A DNA stretch of 47,153 bases from Vulcanimicrobiaceae bacterium (lineage in GTDB: Bacteria; Vulcanimicrobiota; Vulcanimicrobiia; Vulcanimicrobiales; Vulcanimicrobiaceae). Under the pieces are notes generated by a model. The model was not told where the DNA came from. It searched no databases and worked only from the letters and a program-made list of their open reading frames with translations. Positions 1 through 8,477 of the stretch are shown here, in pieces. A program made the position numbers and the translations under genes. Every line of letters begins with the position of its first letter. Positions within the stretch are counted from its first letter, which is position 1. The stretch lies in assembly GCA_036826275.1 (NCBI GenBank), contig DAISWS010000004.1:1-47153 (forward strand). Reading direction: 5' to 3'.

Positions 1-966
1 CAAGACGCCATCGTTTGGGACAATCACGCATGCCTGCCGCTGCGGCCGCACGACCGTCGTTTTTTACCGCAGCTTGCGCGGTTCCGCAGCGCCGGCGTCA
101 ACGTCGTCAGCGTCAATGCGGGCTTCGGGGAGCACGGCATCGATCAGCACGTTCGCATGCTCGCGCACTTCCGGCAGTGGCTGGCGCAGCGTCCGTCTGA
201 GTATGTGCTGGTTCAGACGGTTGACGATATCGCCGCTGCAAAGGCCACCGGCCGGCTCGGCGTCGTCTTCGATATCGAAGGAATGAATGCAGTTGAAGAC
301 CAGCTCAGCATGGTGCAATTGTATTACGATCTCGGCGTGCGCTGGATGCTCGTCGCATACAACTTGAACAACCGCGCGGGCGGCGGCTGCATGGACGACG
401 ACTGCGGTTTGACCGGCTTTGGCGCACAGATTATCGCGGAGATGAACCGCACCGGCATGGTCGTTTGCTGCTCGCATACCGGCAAACGCACGGCCTTCGA
501 AGCAATCGAAGCTTCGTCGCAGCCGGTCATCTTCTCGCATTCGAACGCGCGCGCGCTGCATGCCCATGCACGCAACATCGACGACGATCTCATTCGCGCG
601 TGCGCGAACAAGGGCGGAGTCGTCTGCGTGAACGGCGTCGGGATGTTCTTGGGAGACAACGACACGCGCAGCGAAACGGTCGCGCGTCATATCGACCACA
701 TCGCGCGTCTTGCGGGCGTCGACCATGCGGGCATCGGTTTGGACTTCGTGTTCGACAACGGCGAGCTGCTCGAGTACTTGCGCGCGCGGCCCGAAATGTT
801 TGGAAGTGACGACGAATCGCGCAACAAGTACGACTGCGACTTCGTCGCACCCGAGCAGATACCGGAAATCGCTTCCTGTTTGCGGTCGATGGGCTACGGG
901 CAGGCAGACGTCGCCAAGGTGTTGGGCGGCAACCTCATGCGCATCGCGCGCTGCGTCTGGAAGTGA
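1..966 (+). CDS. Membrane dipeptidase, peptidase family M19 (5' end cut by window edge)
   Basis: Frame 1 is open from nt 1 (QDAIVWDNHACLPL...) and runs into listed ORF 157..966. The WDNH start, CCSHTG, FSHSNARAL and GLDFVFD blocks are typical of renal-dipeptidase-like M19 enzymes. Stop TGA at 964-966. Confidence 0.8.
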   Translation, partial: QDAIVWDNHACLPLRPHDRRFLPQLARFRSAGVNVVSVNAGFGEHGIDQHVRMLAHFRQWLAQRPSEYVLVQTVDDIAAAKATGRLGVVFDIEGMNAVEDQLSMVQLYYDLGVRWMLVAYNLNNRAGGGCMDDDCGLTGFGAQIIAEMNRTGMVVCCSHTGKRTAFEAIEASSQPVIFSHSNARALHAHARNIDDDLIRACANKGGVVCVNGVGMFLGDNDTRSETVARHIDHIARLAGVDHAGIGLDFVFDNGELLEYLRARPEMFGSDDESRNKYDCDFVAPEQIPEIASCLRSMGYGQADVAKVLGGNLMRIARCVWK

Positions 967-967
967 T

Positions 968-1786
968 CTAACCCGCGCCGATGAGCCCGGCGGGCTGATG
1001 TCCGAGCAGCGGCGGAATGTACCGCCCTGCAATCCATGAAATCGCGAACACCGCGGCACCGAATAGCACGATCTCCATACCTTTGCGCCACGGATTGCGT
1101 TCGCCGAGCACTCCCGCGTAAAAGCCGATTCCGAACAAGCCCGCGACCGCCAACAGCAGGCTCGCGACGAGCGTCCACCGCGCATTCAGCGGCGTCAGAT
1201 ACGGAATGATCGGAAGCAGCGCGCCGATCGCGAACGAACTTGCCATCGCCAAAGGCCCGCGCAACCCGGTTTGCTCGGCGATGCGGGGATCGATGCCGAA
1301 TTCGTCGCGTATCATCTCGTGCAGATAGATCTCCGGATTCTGCGCCAGGCGCCGGACGATCATGTCGGCCTCTTCGGCGCTAAAGCCTTTGAGTTTGTAA
1401 TACGCAACTTGTTCGGCGAACTCGTCTTGCGGATGCGCCTCCATTTCGGAGCGTTCCGTTTCGATCGCCGCCTGTACGACTTCGCGCTCGGCCTTGGATC
1501 CCAGATACTCTCCCACGCCCATCGAGAGCGCTCCGGAGATGAGTCCGAGCACGCCGCTGATCACCACGAGCCACTGTTTGCCCTCTGCTTCACCCACGCC
1601 GGTAACGATACCGAGCGTCGTCAAAATGCCGTCTTGTATGCCGAAAACCACTTCGCGAATGCTGCGCTGACGCTCCAGGCGCCGGCGCTGCGGCGTGTCG
1701 GGAATACGCGGCTTGATACGCCGCCATCCCGGCGTGTCGACGACGACTTTATGATCGGGAACCGGAAACCGCTCGGAATCTTTCAC
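968..1786 (-). CDS. VIT1/CCC1-family iron/manganese transporter
   Basis: ORF 968..1834 contains FGIQDGILTTLGIVTGV, a central helical domain (ERSEMEAHPQDEF) and C-terminal TM helices. Start placed at GTG 1784-1786, which overlaps the upstream TGA as GTGA. The start is inferred. Confidence 0.75.
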   Translation of the reverse strand: MKDSERFPVPDHKVVVDTPGWRRIKPRIPDTPQRRRLERQRSIREVVFGIQDGILTTLGIVTGVGEAEGKQWLVVISGVLGLISGALSMGVGEYLGSKAEREVVQAAIETERSEMEAHPQDEFAEQVAYYKLKGFSAEEADMIVRRLAQNPEIYLHEMIRDEFGIDPRIAEQTGLRGPLAMASSFAIGALLPIIPYLTPLNARWTLVASLLLAVAGLFGIGFYAGVLGERNPWRKGMEIVLFGAAVFAISWIAGRYIPPLLGHQPAGLIGAG

Positions 1787-3909
1787 AGGTTCGCGCTCCA
1801 CCACCGCAGCATGCGTTCGTACAACGCGCGCCAATCGGCGAGATCCGTAAATCCATGCCGCTGACGCGGGTACGCCATGAAATTGACGTGCGTTTGATCG
1901 CCCGCTATCGCATTCTGCAGAAACGTGATCGTGTTGGCCATGTGAACGTTGTCGTCGGACGTGCCGTGCACGATGAGCAGCCGGCCATGCAGTTTGCCTG
2001 CGGCGAGCGCCGAGGAACTTGCATCGTACGCGTGCGCATCGTCCTGCGGACGTCCCATGTACCGCTCGGTATAAATCGTGTCGTAGAGGTGCCAGTCGGT
2101 CACCGGCGCTCCCGCGACTCCGGCGTGGAAGAGATCGGTGTGTGTGAGCGCATACGTCGTCTCATACCCGCCGAAGCTCCAGCCCCAAATGCCGATGCGG
2201 GATGGATCGACGTACGGAAGCGATCGCAGATACTGCACGGCTATGCGCTGGCCGAGAAGCGAGCCGGGGCCAAAATTGTGGTAGAGCAGTCGAACGTTCG
2301 CGCTGCTGTCGACTTGTGAAGCGGGCCCATCCAGACTAAAAACGATGAAGCCTTCGCGTGCGAGCAGTTGATGATACAGCCCTCGCATGTTTCCGAATTC
2401 ATCGGCGGTGGTCGGAGCCTCCGGACCGCCATACACGTAGATGACCACCGGATATTTCCTTGCCGGGTCGAATCCGGGCGGCCGCAGCATCAGCGCGTCC
2501 AGTTTGCCGTACTGCGAATCCACGCCGATCATCTGCGTCGGAAGCAGCTGTTGCGCGAGCGCCCCGCTGCGCGCGACGACGGTCGCGAGGACTCGTCCGG
2601 ATGACGAGAGCAGATCGGTCTGCGGCGGATCGTCGAGCGTCGAATACGTGTCCAGCATGGCGCTCGCATCGGGAGCGATCGAAACACTGTGCGCGCCGGC
2701 TGCAGGCGTCAGATTCACGAACGGCGATCCTGAAAGCGGCACGGCGAGCACGGAGCGATCGCGGCGCGTCGGATATGCCGCACTGACGAACGCAATCCGC
2801 GCGTGCGCATCGTATCCCAGCAGCGAGAACACCCGGAAGGTTGCAGGCGTGAGCCGCTGTAGCGCGCCGCCGGCACTTCGTGCGAATAAGCCGGCGGTCG
2901 TTCCACGGTCCAAAACCCACAGCGATTCGCCGCTTGCGGTCCACTGCGGCAGCGGCACAGCATCGATCCATTTGTTGCCCGTTTGTTCGAGCAGCGTGCG
3001 CGGCTTTGTCGCTCGGCCCTCCCACGCGATCACGCGCAGATGCAGCTGCGCGCGATCGAGAATCTCGGCGAGCAGCTCGTTCGAGGCCGGCCTCCACGCG
3101 AAATGCGGAAGATACTCGTCGTGCGCCGCCGCATCGTACAGCAGCGTATCGCGGCCGCTGGCTAGGTCGACCAGATGAAGCGTTACGGCCGGATTCCGTT
3201 CGCCTGCGAGCGGATACCGTTGGTACGTGACGGTATTGTCCGGCTTGAGAAAATCAACGATGGGAAAGGCCGTAACCGGGCGTTCGTCCATGCGCATGTA
3301 CGCGATCGAGCGTCCGTCGGGCGACCACGCGTAGCCGTGCGCCGTGCCGAGCTCTTCGGGATAGACCCAGTCCAAATCGCCGTTTAGGATCGTGTTGTCG
3401 ATGCCGCCGCCGGTCAGGCGTTGGACGCGCAGATGCGGCAGCAGCGTGGCGACGTACAAATCTTCGTCGTGCACGTACGCGATGCGGCGGTTGTCCGGCG
3501 ACCACTGTGGCGCCGAAGCGTCCTTTGCCACGACGCGGTCCATATTCGTGGCCATGTCGCGCACGTAGAGCACGTTGCGTTCGGTGAACGCGAGAAATGC
3601 CGAACCCGGCGACCAAACCAGATTTGCGGGCGTTTCCGCGCCGCGGCCATAGGCGCGCGGATCGATCAGTATGCGCGCTTGACGACGCGCCACGTCGTAT
3701 TGCCACACCGGTACCGGCTCGCGCGATTGCTGCGTGCGCAGAACGTAGAGAAAGGAACGGGCGTCCGGGGCCCAGGTAACCGCCGAGGGCTGGGCGCCCC
3801 AAGGCGGATTCACCGCGAATACTTCATCCGTCGTCAGATCCGCTGCCGGCGCGGTAGCCGGACAGAGAAGCGCCAGCAGCAAGCAGGTAGATAAAAGTCG
3901 CCGCACCAT
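1783..3909 (-). CDS. Secreted S9-family dipeptidyl-peptidase / prolyl oligopeptidase (DPP-IV-like beta-propeller plus alpha/beta hydrolase)
   Basis: ORF 1783..3933. The ATG at 3909 gives a signal peptide (MVRRLLSTCLLLALLCPATAPAADL). Nucleophile elbow GWSFGGYET is present, with C-terminal GTSDDNVH and RHGF catalytic-region blocks. Confidence 0.85.
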   Translation of the reverse strand: MVRRLLSTCLLLALLCPATAPAADLTTDEVFAVNPPWGAQPSAVTWAPDARSFLYVLRTQQSREPVPVWQYDVARRQARILIDPRAYGRGAETPANLVWSPGSAFLAFTERNVLYVRDMATNMDRVVAKDASAPQWSPDNRRIAYVHDEDLYVATLLPHLRVQRLTGGGIDNTILNGDLDWVYPEELGTAHGYAWSPDGRSIAYMRMDERPVTAFPIVDFLKPDNTVTYQRYPLAGERNPAVTLHLVDLASGRDTLLYDAAAHDEYLPHFAWRPASNELLAEILDRAQLHLRVIAWEGRATKPRTLLEQTGNKWIDAVPLPQWTASGESLWVLDRGTTAGLFARSAGGALQRLTPATFRVFSLLGYDAHARIAFVSAAYPTRRDRSVLAVPLSGSPFVNLTPAAGAHSVSIAPDASAMLDTYSTLDDPPQTDLLSSSGRVLATVVARSGALAQQLLPTQMIGVDSQYGKLDALMLRPPGFDPARKYPVVIYVYGGPEAPTTADEFGNMRGLYHQLLAREGFIVFSLDGPASQVDSSANVRLLYHNFGPGSLLGQRIAVQYLRSLPYVDPSRIGIWGWSFGGYETTYALTHTDLFHAGVAGAPVTDWHLYDTIYTERYMGRPQDDAHAYDASSSALAAGKLHGRLLIVHGTSDDNVHMANTITFLQNAIAGDQTHVNFMAYPRQRHGFTDLADWRALYERMLRWWSANL

Positions 3910-3950
3910 GGGGGCGGAGTTCACCGCGGCCACTCGCGAATACTTGCCGG

Positions 3951-4466
3951 GTGCCCGATCCGTTCGAAGACGACTTCACGAAGCAAAATCCCATCGTCGC
4001 GGCGGCGCAACGGATGCGCGCGCGCAAGGAAATCGAGAGCGCCATCGACGCCCACGGCGATCAGCCCGTGGCGTTCGAAGATGCGGAAAGCGCATTTGCG
4101 GCCTTCGGATCGCAGCTCCAAGCGGGCGCAAAAAAACTGAACGCGATCCTGGGCGAACGTAACGGCGTGAAATTCATTCGCTTGGAAAACCCGCTGCGGC
4201 TGCGTCTGCGCATGGGCGAGAAGCGCGTGAGCCTCGATCTGGATGAAGTGCACCAACTCGTGCGCGTCAGCGGTCTGGACTTAGACGGCGAGTGGCAATT
4301 CGATCCGGGCGCGGACCTGCCCTCACTCATCAACCTGTCGAAAATTTCAACCGAAGCCGGTTACGGCGAGGCGCTCACGCCTTCTTCTTTGTTGAAGGCG
4401 ATCGCGCAGGACGCCGAGCTGCCGCGCCCGCCGCACTTGAGCGGCCCCGGCCCGCTAAGCTTTTAG
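3951..4466 (+). CDS. Hypothetical protein (171 aa, no family recognised)
   Basis: Intact ORF with GC3-rich, protein-like codon and amino-acid usage. GTG start and no clear SD. The last 92 nt overlap the 3' end of nth on the opposite strand. Confidence 0.5.
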   Translation: MPDPFEDDFTKQNPIVAAAQRMRARKEIESAIDAHGDQPVAFEDAESAFAAFGSQLQAGAKKLNAILGERNGVKFIRLENPLRLRLRMGEKRVSLDLDEVHQLVRVSGLDLDGEWQFDPGADLPSLINLSKISTEAGYGEALTPSSLLKAIAQDAELPRPPHLSGPGPLSF

Positions 4467-5124
4467 CAATAATCTTCGGCGTCGGGCAGATTGCGTTGAC
4501 GGGGCACGTCCCACAGCGGGGCACCGGCGCTTTGCAGATCGCGCGTCCGTGCAGAATGAGCCAGTGATGCGCGTGCCGCCATTTTTCGCGCGGGACGATC
4601 GCCTGCAAGTCGCTCTCGACGTCGCGCGGCGTCTTGCCCAACGTGAGTCCGAGCCGGTGAGCCACGCGAAAGACGTGCGTGTCGACGGCGATCTCGGCTT
4701 CTTCAAACGCCACCGACATAACCACGCTCGCCGTTTTTCGGCCGACGCCGGCCAGCGCTTCCAACTGCTCGCGTTCGCGCGGCACTTGGCCTCCGTGTTT
4801 TTCGACCAGTTCCTTGGCACAGTTGATGATGTTCCGCGCCTTCGTCCGGAAAAAGCCGCACGACTTGATGATGCGCTCGACGTCCTCTTGCCCGGCCTTG
4901 GCAAGTTTTTCGGCGGTCGGATATTTTCTGAACAGGATAGGCGTCGTCATATTCACGCGCGCGTCGGTGCACTGCGCAGAGAGTATCACCGCGATGATCA
5001 GTTCGAACGGATTGGAGTATTCGAGCGCGGTTTCGGCATGCGGATACGTACCCTCGAGAATGCGAAGCTCTTCGAGCGCGACGTCCTTTGAAACTTTTCG
5101 TACGGGAAAAGGCACTTTCGGCAT
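4375..5124 (-). CDS. nth: Endonuclease III (HhH-GPD DNA glycosylase/AP lyase) with a basic C-terminal tail
   Basis: LSAQCTD and the HhH-GPD block LAGVGRKTASVVM are present. The 4Fe-4S loop is CKAPVPRCGTCPVNAIC (C-x6-C-x2-C-x5-C). About 36 extra Arg/Ala/Ser/Lys-rich residues follow the cluster. Confidence 0.9.
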   Translation of the reverse strand: MPKVPFPVRKVSKDVALEELRILEGTYPHAETALEYSNPFELIIAVILSAQCTDARVNMTTPILFRKYPTAEKLAKAGQEDVERIIKSCGFFRTKARNIINCAKELVEKHGGQVPREREQLEALAGVGRKTASVVMSVAFEEAEIAVDTHVFRVAHRLGLTLGKTPRDVESDLQAIVPREKWRHAHHWLILHGRAICKAPVPRCGTCPVNAICPTPKIIAKSLAGRGRSSAAGAAARRPARSPSTKKKA

Positions 5125-5130
5125 AAGCGT

Positions 5131-6057
5131 TCAGTCCGTAAGCGCGACGCGCGCGCCGCTTACCTGCACCAGGCCGTCGCGCTGCAGGCGTTCCACGAGC
5201 GCATCGAGGTCTTTACGCGTACGTCCGATGCGCCGGGTGACTTCTTCGTGCAGATCGAGCAGTGAAATACGCTGCCCCGGCGGCAGCTCGCGCAAACGAT
5301 CGATGATGCGCCCGCGCGCGTAGCGCGTCGTTTTCACAAACGGCAGCGCTTCTTGCGGTGAGCGTCTGCGCGCGTTCGCCGCCCGCGCCCGCTCCAGCAT
5401 CGCCGCGTCGACCGGTGCGGCAGCGCAAACGCTTTGCAGCGGGCAGAGCAGACATTTCGGTGCGCGAGCCGTGCAAATCGTCGCGCCCAAGTCCATCATG
5501 GCCGAGTTCCAATCGTGGCCGCGGCCGCGCGCCACGAGCGCTCGCGCATCGCGATCGAGTTGAGCCGGGGCCGCGAACGGCGGGTATTCCAGCCCATACA
5601 ACACGCGGTGCGTTACACGCCGTACGTTCGTATCGATGGCCGCGTCGTCGAATTCGAATGCGAATGCGCGAATTGCGGCTACGGTGTAGGGGCCGATGCC
5701 CGGCAGCGAACGCAGCGTCTGCTCGTCGCTCGGCATCCGTCCGTCGAAACGCTCGCAGATCTCACGCGCAATGCGCTGCAAGCGCACGGCGCGTGAGTTG
5801 TATCCGAGTCCCTGCCACATGCGCAGCACGTCCGCCGTGCTCGCCGACGCAAGCGCGGAAGCGTCGGGAAAGCGTTGGATAAATGCTTCGTATTTCGGCA
5901 GCACGCGGTCGACCTGCGTCTGCTGGAGCATGAACTCGCTGACGATAATGCGGTACGGATCACGCGTCGTGCGCCACGGCAGATGCGCGCGCCCATTACG
6001 CTCGTACCATGCGAGCAACAGCCCCTCTGTGGCATGGTGAGCTTGTCGAACCATCAC
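5131..6057 (-). CDS. mutY: A/G-specific adenine glycosylase-like HhH-GPD protein (short MutY type)
   Basis: HLPWR...DPYRIIVSEFMLQQTQV and LPGIGPYTVAAI are present, plus cluster CTARAPKCLLCPLQSVC. The C-terminal ~80 aa look winged-helix-like rather than a full NUDIX-like domain. The start (GTG 6057 or ATG 6054) overlaps the upstream TGA. Confidence 0.75.
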   Translation of the reverse strand: MMVRQAHHATEGLLLAWYERNGRAHLPWRTTRDPYRIIVSEFMLQQTQVDRVLPKYEAFIQRFPDASALASASTADVLRMWQGLGYNSRAVRLQRIAREICERFDGRMPSDEQTLRSLPGIGPYTVAAIRAFAFEFDDAAIDTNVRRVTHRVLYGLEYPPFAAPAQLDRDARALVARGRGHDWNSAMMDLGATICTARAPKCLLCPLQSVCAAAPVDAAMLERARAANARRRSPQEALPFVKTTRYARGRIIDRLRELPPGQRISLLDLHEEVTRRIGRTRKDLDALVERLQRDGLVQVSGARVALTD

Positions 6058-6893
6058 GCTTCTTCCTCGTCCGAATCGGATGCCCGGTCGAACGCCGCTT
6101 TCGAGCGTTCGCGAACGTATTCCCTAAACGCGATGATATCGCGTTCCACGAGAACCACGTCGTCGAGCGCTTTGGTACCGCGGTACAACTGCAATGCGTC
6201 GTTGATGATCGAATGATACATGCGCGGAACCGTCTGCAACGCCCATGTTCCGGCCTCGTCCTTGTTGAGCGCGCTCGGCACCGGAGAAACCGCGCCGTGC
6301 AACACGCGGCACGCTCCAAGTACCGCATACACCGGCATGTCCTTCACATGTTCGCGCGCCCAATGGAAATCCGCTTCCAGCGCGTTGACGTACGCGTGCC
6401 ACGGCACGGGGCCGAACATTGTCCGCGGCGGCGGTCCTACGAGCGGCACGCCGCGCTCGCGGACTTCCAAGACGTTTGCCGCAAGATCGACGTTCGTACG
6501 GTCCTGGGCAAAATCGAACTGCCGCCGGCGAAACCGTTCGTGCCAAGCGCCGCTGTAGTGAACCTCATACGGCATCGGATGCTCGAACGCGCGGGCGTAA
6601 CGCTCTTGAACGACGTTCACTTCGATGTCGCCCGCGACCGGCCGGGCATCGGACAGACGTACGAGAGCGCGCCCCACGGCTTCACGCGCCTGCGGATCGA
6701 GCTTTGCAGCGCTCACCGCGATGAGATCGATGTCGCTTCGCTCGCGGTGATAGGCGCCCGTTGCGAGCGATCCGTGCACGTAGAGGCCGGCCAGACCCTC
6801 GCCGATCGCCTCGCCCAACGTTGCAGCAATTCGAACGAGGTATTGCTTGACGTCCCGGTCCGCATCCGAAACGCTGTGTCCGCGCTTCATCAT
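6054..6893 (-). CDS. AadA/ANT(3'')-like nucleotidyltransferase (NTase domain plus DUF4111-like C-terminal domain)
   Basis: The real start is taken at MMKRGH (ATG 6891-6893) inside listed ORF 6054..7340. NTase motif GLYVHGSLATGAYHRERSDIDLIAV is present. The start overlaps the MocR stop as TAATG. Confidence 0.7.
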   Translation of the reverse strand: MMKRGHSVSDADRDVKQYLVRIAATLGEAIGEGLAGLYVHGSLATGAYHRERSDIDLIAVSAAKLDPQAREAVGRALVRLSDARPVAGDIEVNVVQERYARAFEHPMPYEVHYSGAWHERFRRRQFDFAQDRTNVDLAANVLEVRERGVPLVGPPPRTMFGPVPWHAYVNALEADFHWAREHVKDMPVYAVLGACRVLHGAVSPVPSALNKDEAGTWALQTVPRMYHSIINDALQLYRGTKALDDVVLVERDIIAFREYVRERSKAAFDRASDSDEEEA

Positions 6894-8356
6894 TACGATC
6901 GTATGTGCGCGACGGCTTTGCCGATGCGGTGAATGCCTTCCGGTATTTGCTCGCGCGTCACCGGCGTAAGCGCCAGCCGGAAATGATGGTCGCCGCCCGA
7001 GTTTGCGAAGAACGGCTCGCCGAATAAAAACGAGGCGCCGAGGCGTTCGGCCTGATCCAAAAGCGGACGCGCCCGCATTTCTCGCGGAGTGGTAACCCAA
7101 AGGTAAAAGCCGCCGCCGGCTTTGCTCGTGCGCATGGTCGAAGGCCAGTGTTCGGCAATCGCGGCGTCCGCCATTTCGCGCCGTATGCGCAGTTCTTCGC
7201 GCAGCTGAGCGACGTGTTTGTCGTAGCCGGTCTGCAAATAGTCGGCGATCGCCGCTTGCACGTATAAACTCGTCGCCATGTCGAGCGCCTGCTTGCGCAG
7301 CAGCAGCCGCTCGAGGATGGTGCGCGGTGCTGCAAGCCACCCCACGCGCAGCGACGGTGCGATCGTTTTGCTGAACGTGCTGAGGTACACGACGTAGTCG
7401 GGTGCGAGCCCGACGAGCGGCCTCAAACCGTGCGTCGCCAACTCACCGTACGGATCGTCTTCGATAATCGGGATGCCGGCGCGCCGCGCGAGCGTGACCA
7501 AACGTTCGCGGCGATCGGCGTTCATCGTTACGTTGGTCGGATTATGCAGAGACGGCATCGTGTAGATGAAGCGCGGGCGGCGCGTGCGCAAAATCGCCTC
7601 GACGTGATCGACGCGCATGCCGTCTTCATCGACCGGTACCGGAATCGCCCTCAACCCGCAGATTTGAAAAATCTGCAGCGCGCCCGGATAACTCGGCGTC
7701 TCCACGATGATCTCGTCGCCTGGCTCGGCAAGCGATTGCGCGACCACCATGATGCCTTGCGTCGAACCGGTCAAAATGATGATGTCCTTCGGCTGCACCT
7801 GCGCGCCGCGAAGCGTCAGGCGTTCGGAGATGGCCGTGCGCAGCGGTTCGTACCCTTCCGAATCGCCGTACGACAGAATGAAGCGCGGATCGGATGCGAC
7901 GCGCGCAAACGACTTCGCTAGTTCGCCCAGCGGCGAGGGTTGATCGGGCGCGACGCCTTGCACGAAACTGATGCGCCCAGGCTCTTGCTTTGCCGCGAGC
8001 TCGCCCAAAATCGTCGGGAATTCGCCGACGCGCCAGGGAGGCAGCGTAACCCACCATGGCACTGCCGCGGAACGCTCGGGTTGCCCGGCGCGCAGTTGCG
8101 GCACAACGCGGGACCCGGACCCCACCTTTTGCTCGATAAGCCCGTCGGCCACCAGTTCGCGGTACGCATGGACGACGGTGCTCCGATTCACGTTCAGCCG
8201 CCCGGCGAGCGAACGCTCGGGCGGCAAGCGGGTGGACTCGGGGAGCGTTCCGGCCAGGATGGCCTCACGGAGCGCCTCATAGATCTGACGGTAGAGCGGG
8301 ACGATGCTCTCGCGGTCCAACTCCGGCAGGCCGCCGAGCCATCCAATTTTCGGCAT
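6893..8356 (-). CDS. MocR/PdxR-family regulator (GntR wHTH fused to a fold-type I aminotransferase-like domain)
   Basis: Start taken at MPKIGW (ATG 8354-8356). The wHTH is LPPERSLAGRLNVNRSTVVHAYRELVADGLIEQKVGSGSRV. The AAT-like domain carries PLP-lysine context YLSTFSKTIAPSLRVGW. Confidence 0.85.
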   Translation of the reverse strand: MPKIGWLGGLPELDRESIVPLYRQIYEALREAILAGTLPESTRLPPERSLAGRLNVNRSTVVHAYRELVADGLIEQKVGSGSRVVPQLRAGQPERSAAVPWWVTLPPWRVGEFPTILGELAAKQEPGRISFVQGVAPDQPSPLGELAKSFARVASDPRFILSYGDSEGYEPLRTAISERLTLRGAQVQPKDIIILTGSTQGIMVVAQSLAEPGDEIIVETPSYPGALQIFQICGLRAIPVPVDEDGMRVDHVEAILRTRRPRFIYTMPSLHNPTNVTMNADRRERLVTLARRAGIPIIEDDPYGELATHGLRPLVGLAPDYVVYLSTFSKTIAPSLRVGWLAAPRTILERLLLRKQALDMATSLYVQAAIADYLQTGYDKHVAQLREELRIRREMADAAIAEHWPSTMRTSKAGGGFYLWVTTPREMRARPLLDQAERLGASFLFGEPFFANSGGDHHFRLALTPVTREQIPEGIHRIGKAVAHIRS

Positions 8357-8477
8357 TTGTCGTCCATTTCGTCGATTGGATGGTCCAACCCCTACTTTGG
8401 TGCTTGCGATGCCCGATGGTGTCATGTTGAGCTTGTCGAAGCATGGCACTCTCCATCCAGAACGGAGCGTAATTTTC

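Noticed and set aside
6054-6893. AadA-like gene as evidence of a resistance island or integron cassette
   Set aside because: There is no integrase, attC-like site, transposase or compositional break. The gene is translationally coupled to chromosomal housekeeping-type neighbours.
6894-7340. N-terminal 149-aa extension of the nucleotidyltransferase ORF (and similar long extensions of ORFs 10014, 29406, 38289, 8304 and 44465)
   Set aside because: The extensions overlap the upstream gene in another frame, are Arg/Ala-rich, and precede the point where family homology begins. Internal starts with coupling overlaps (TAATG, TAGTG, GTGA) fit better.
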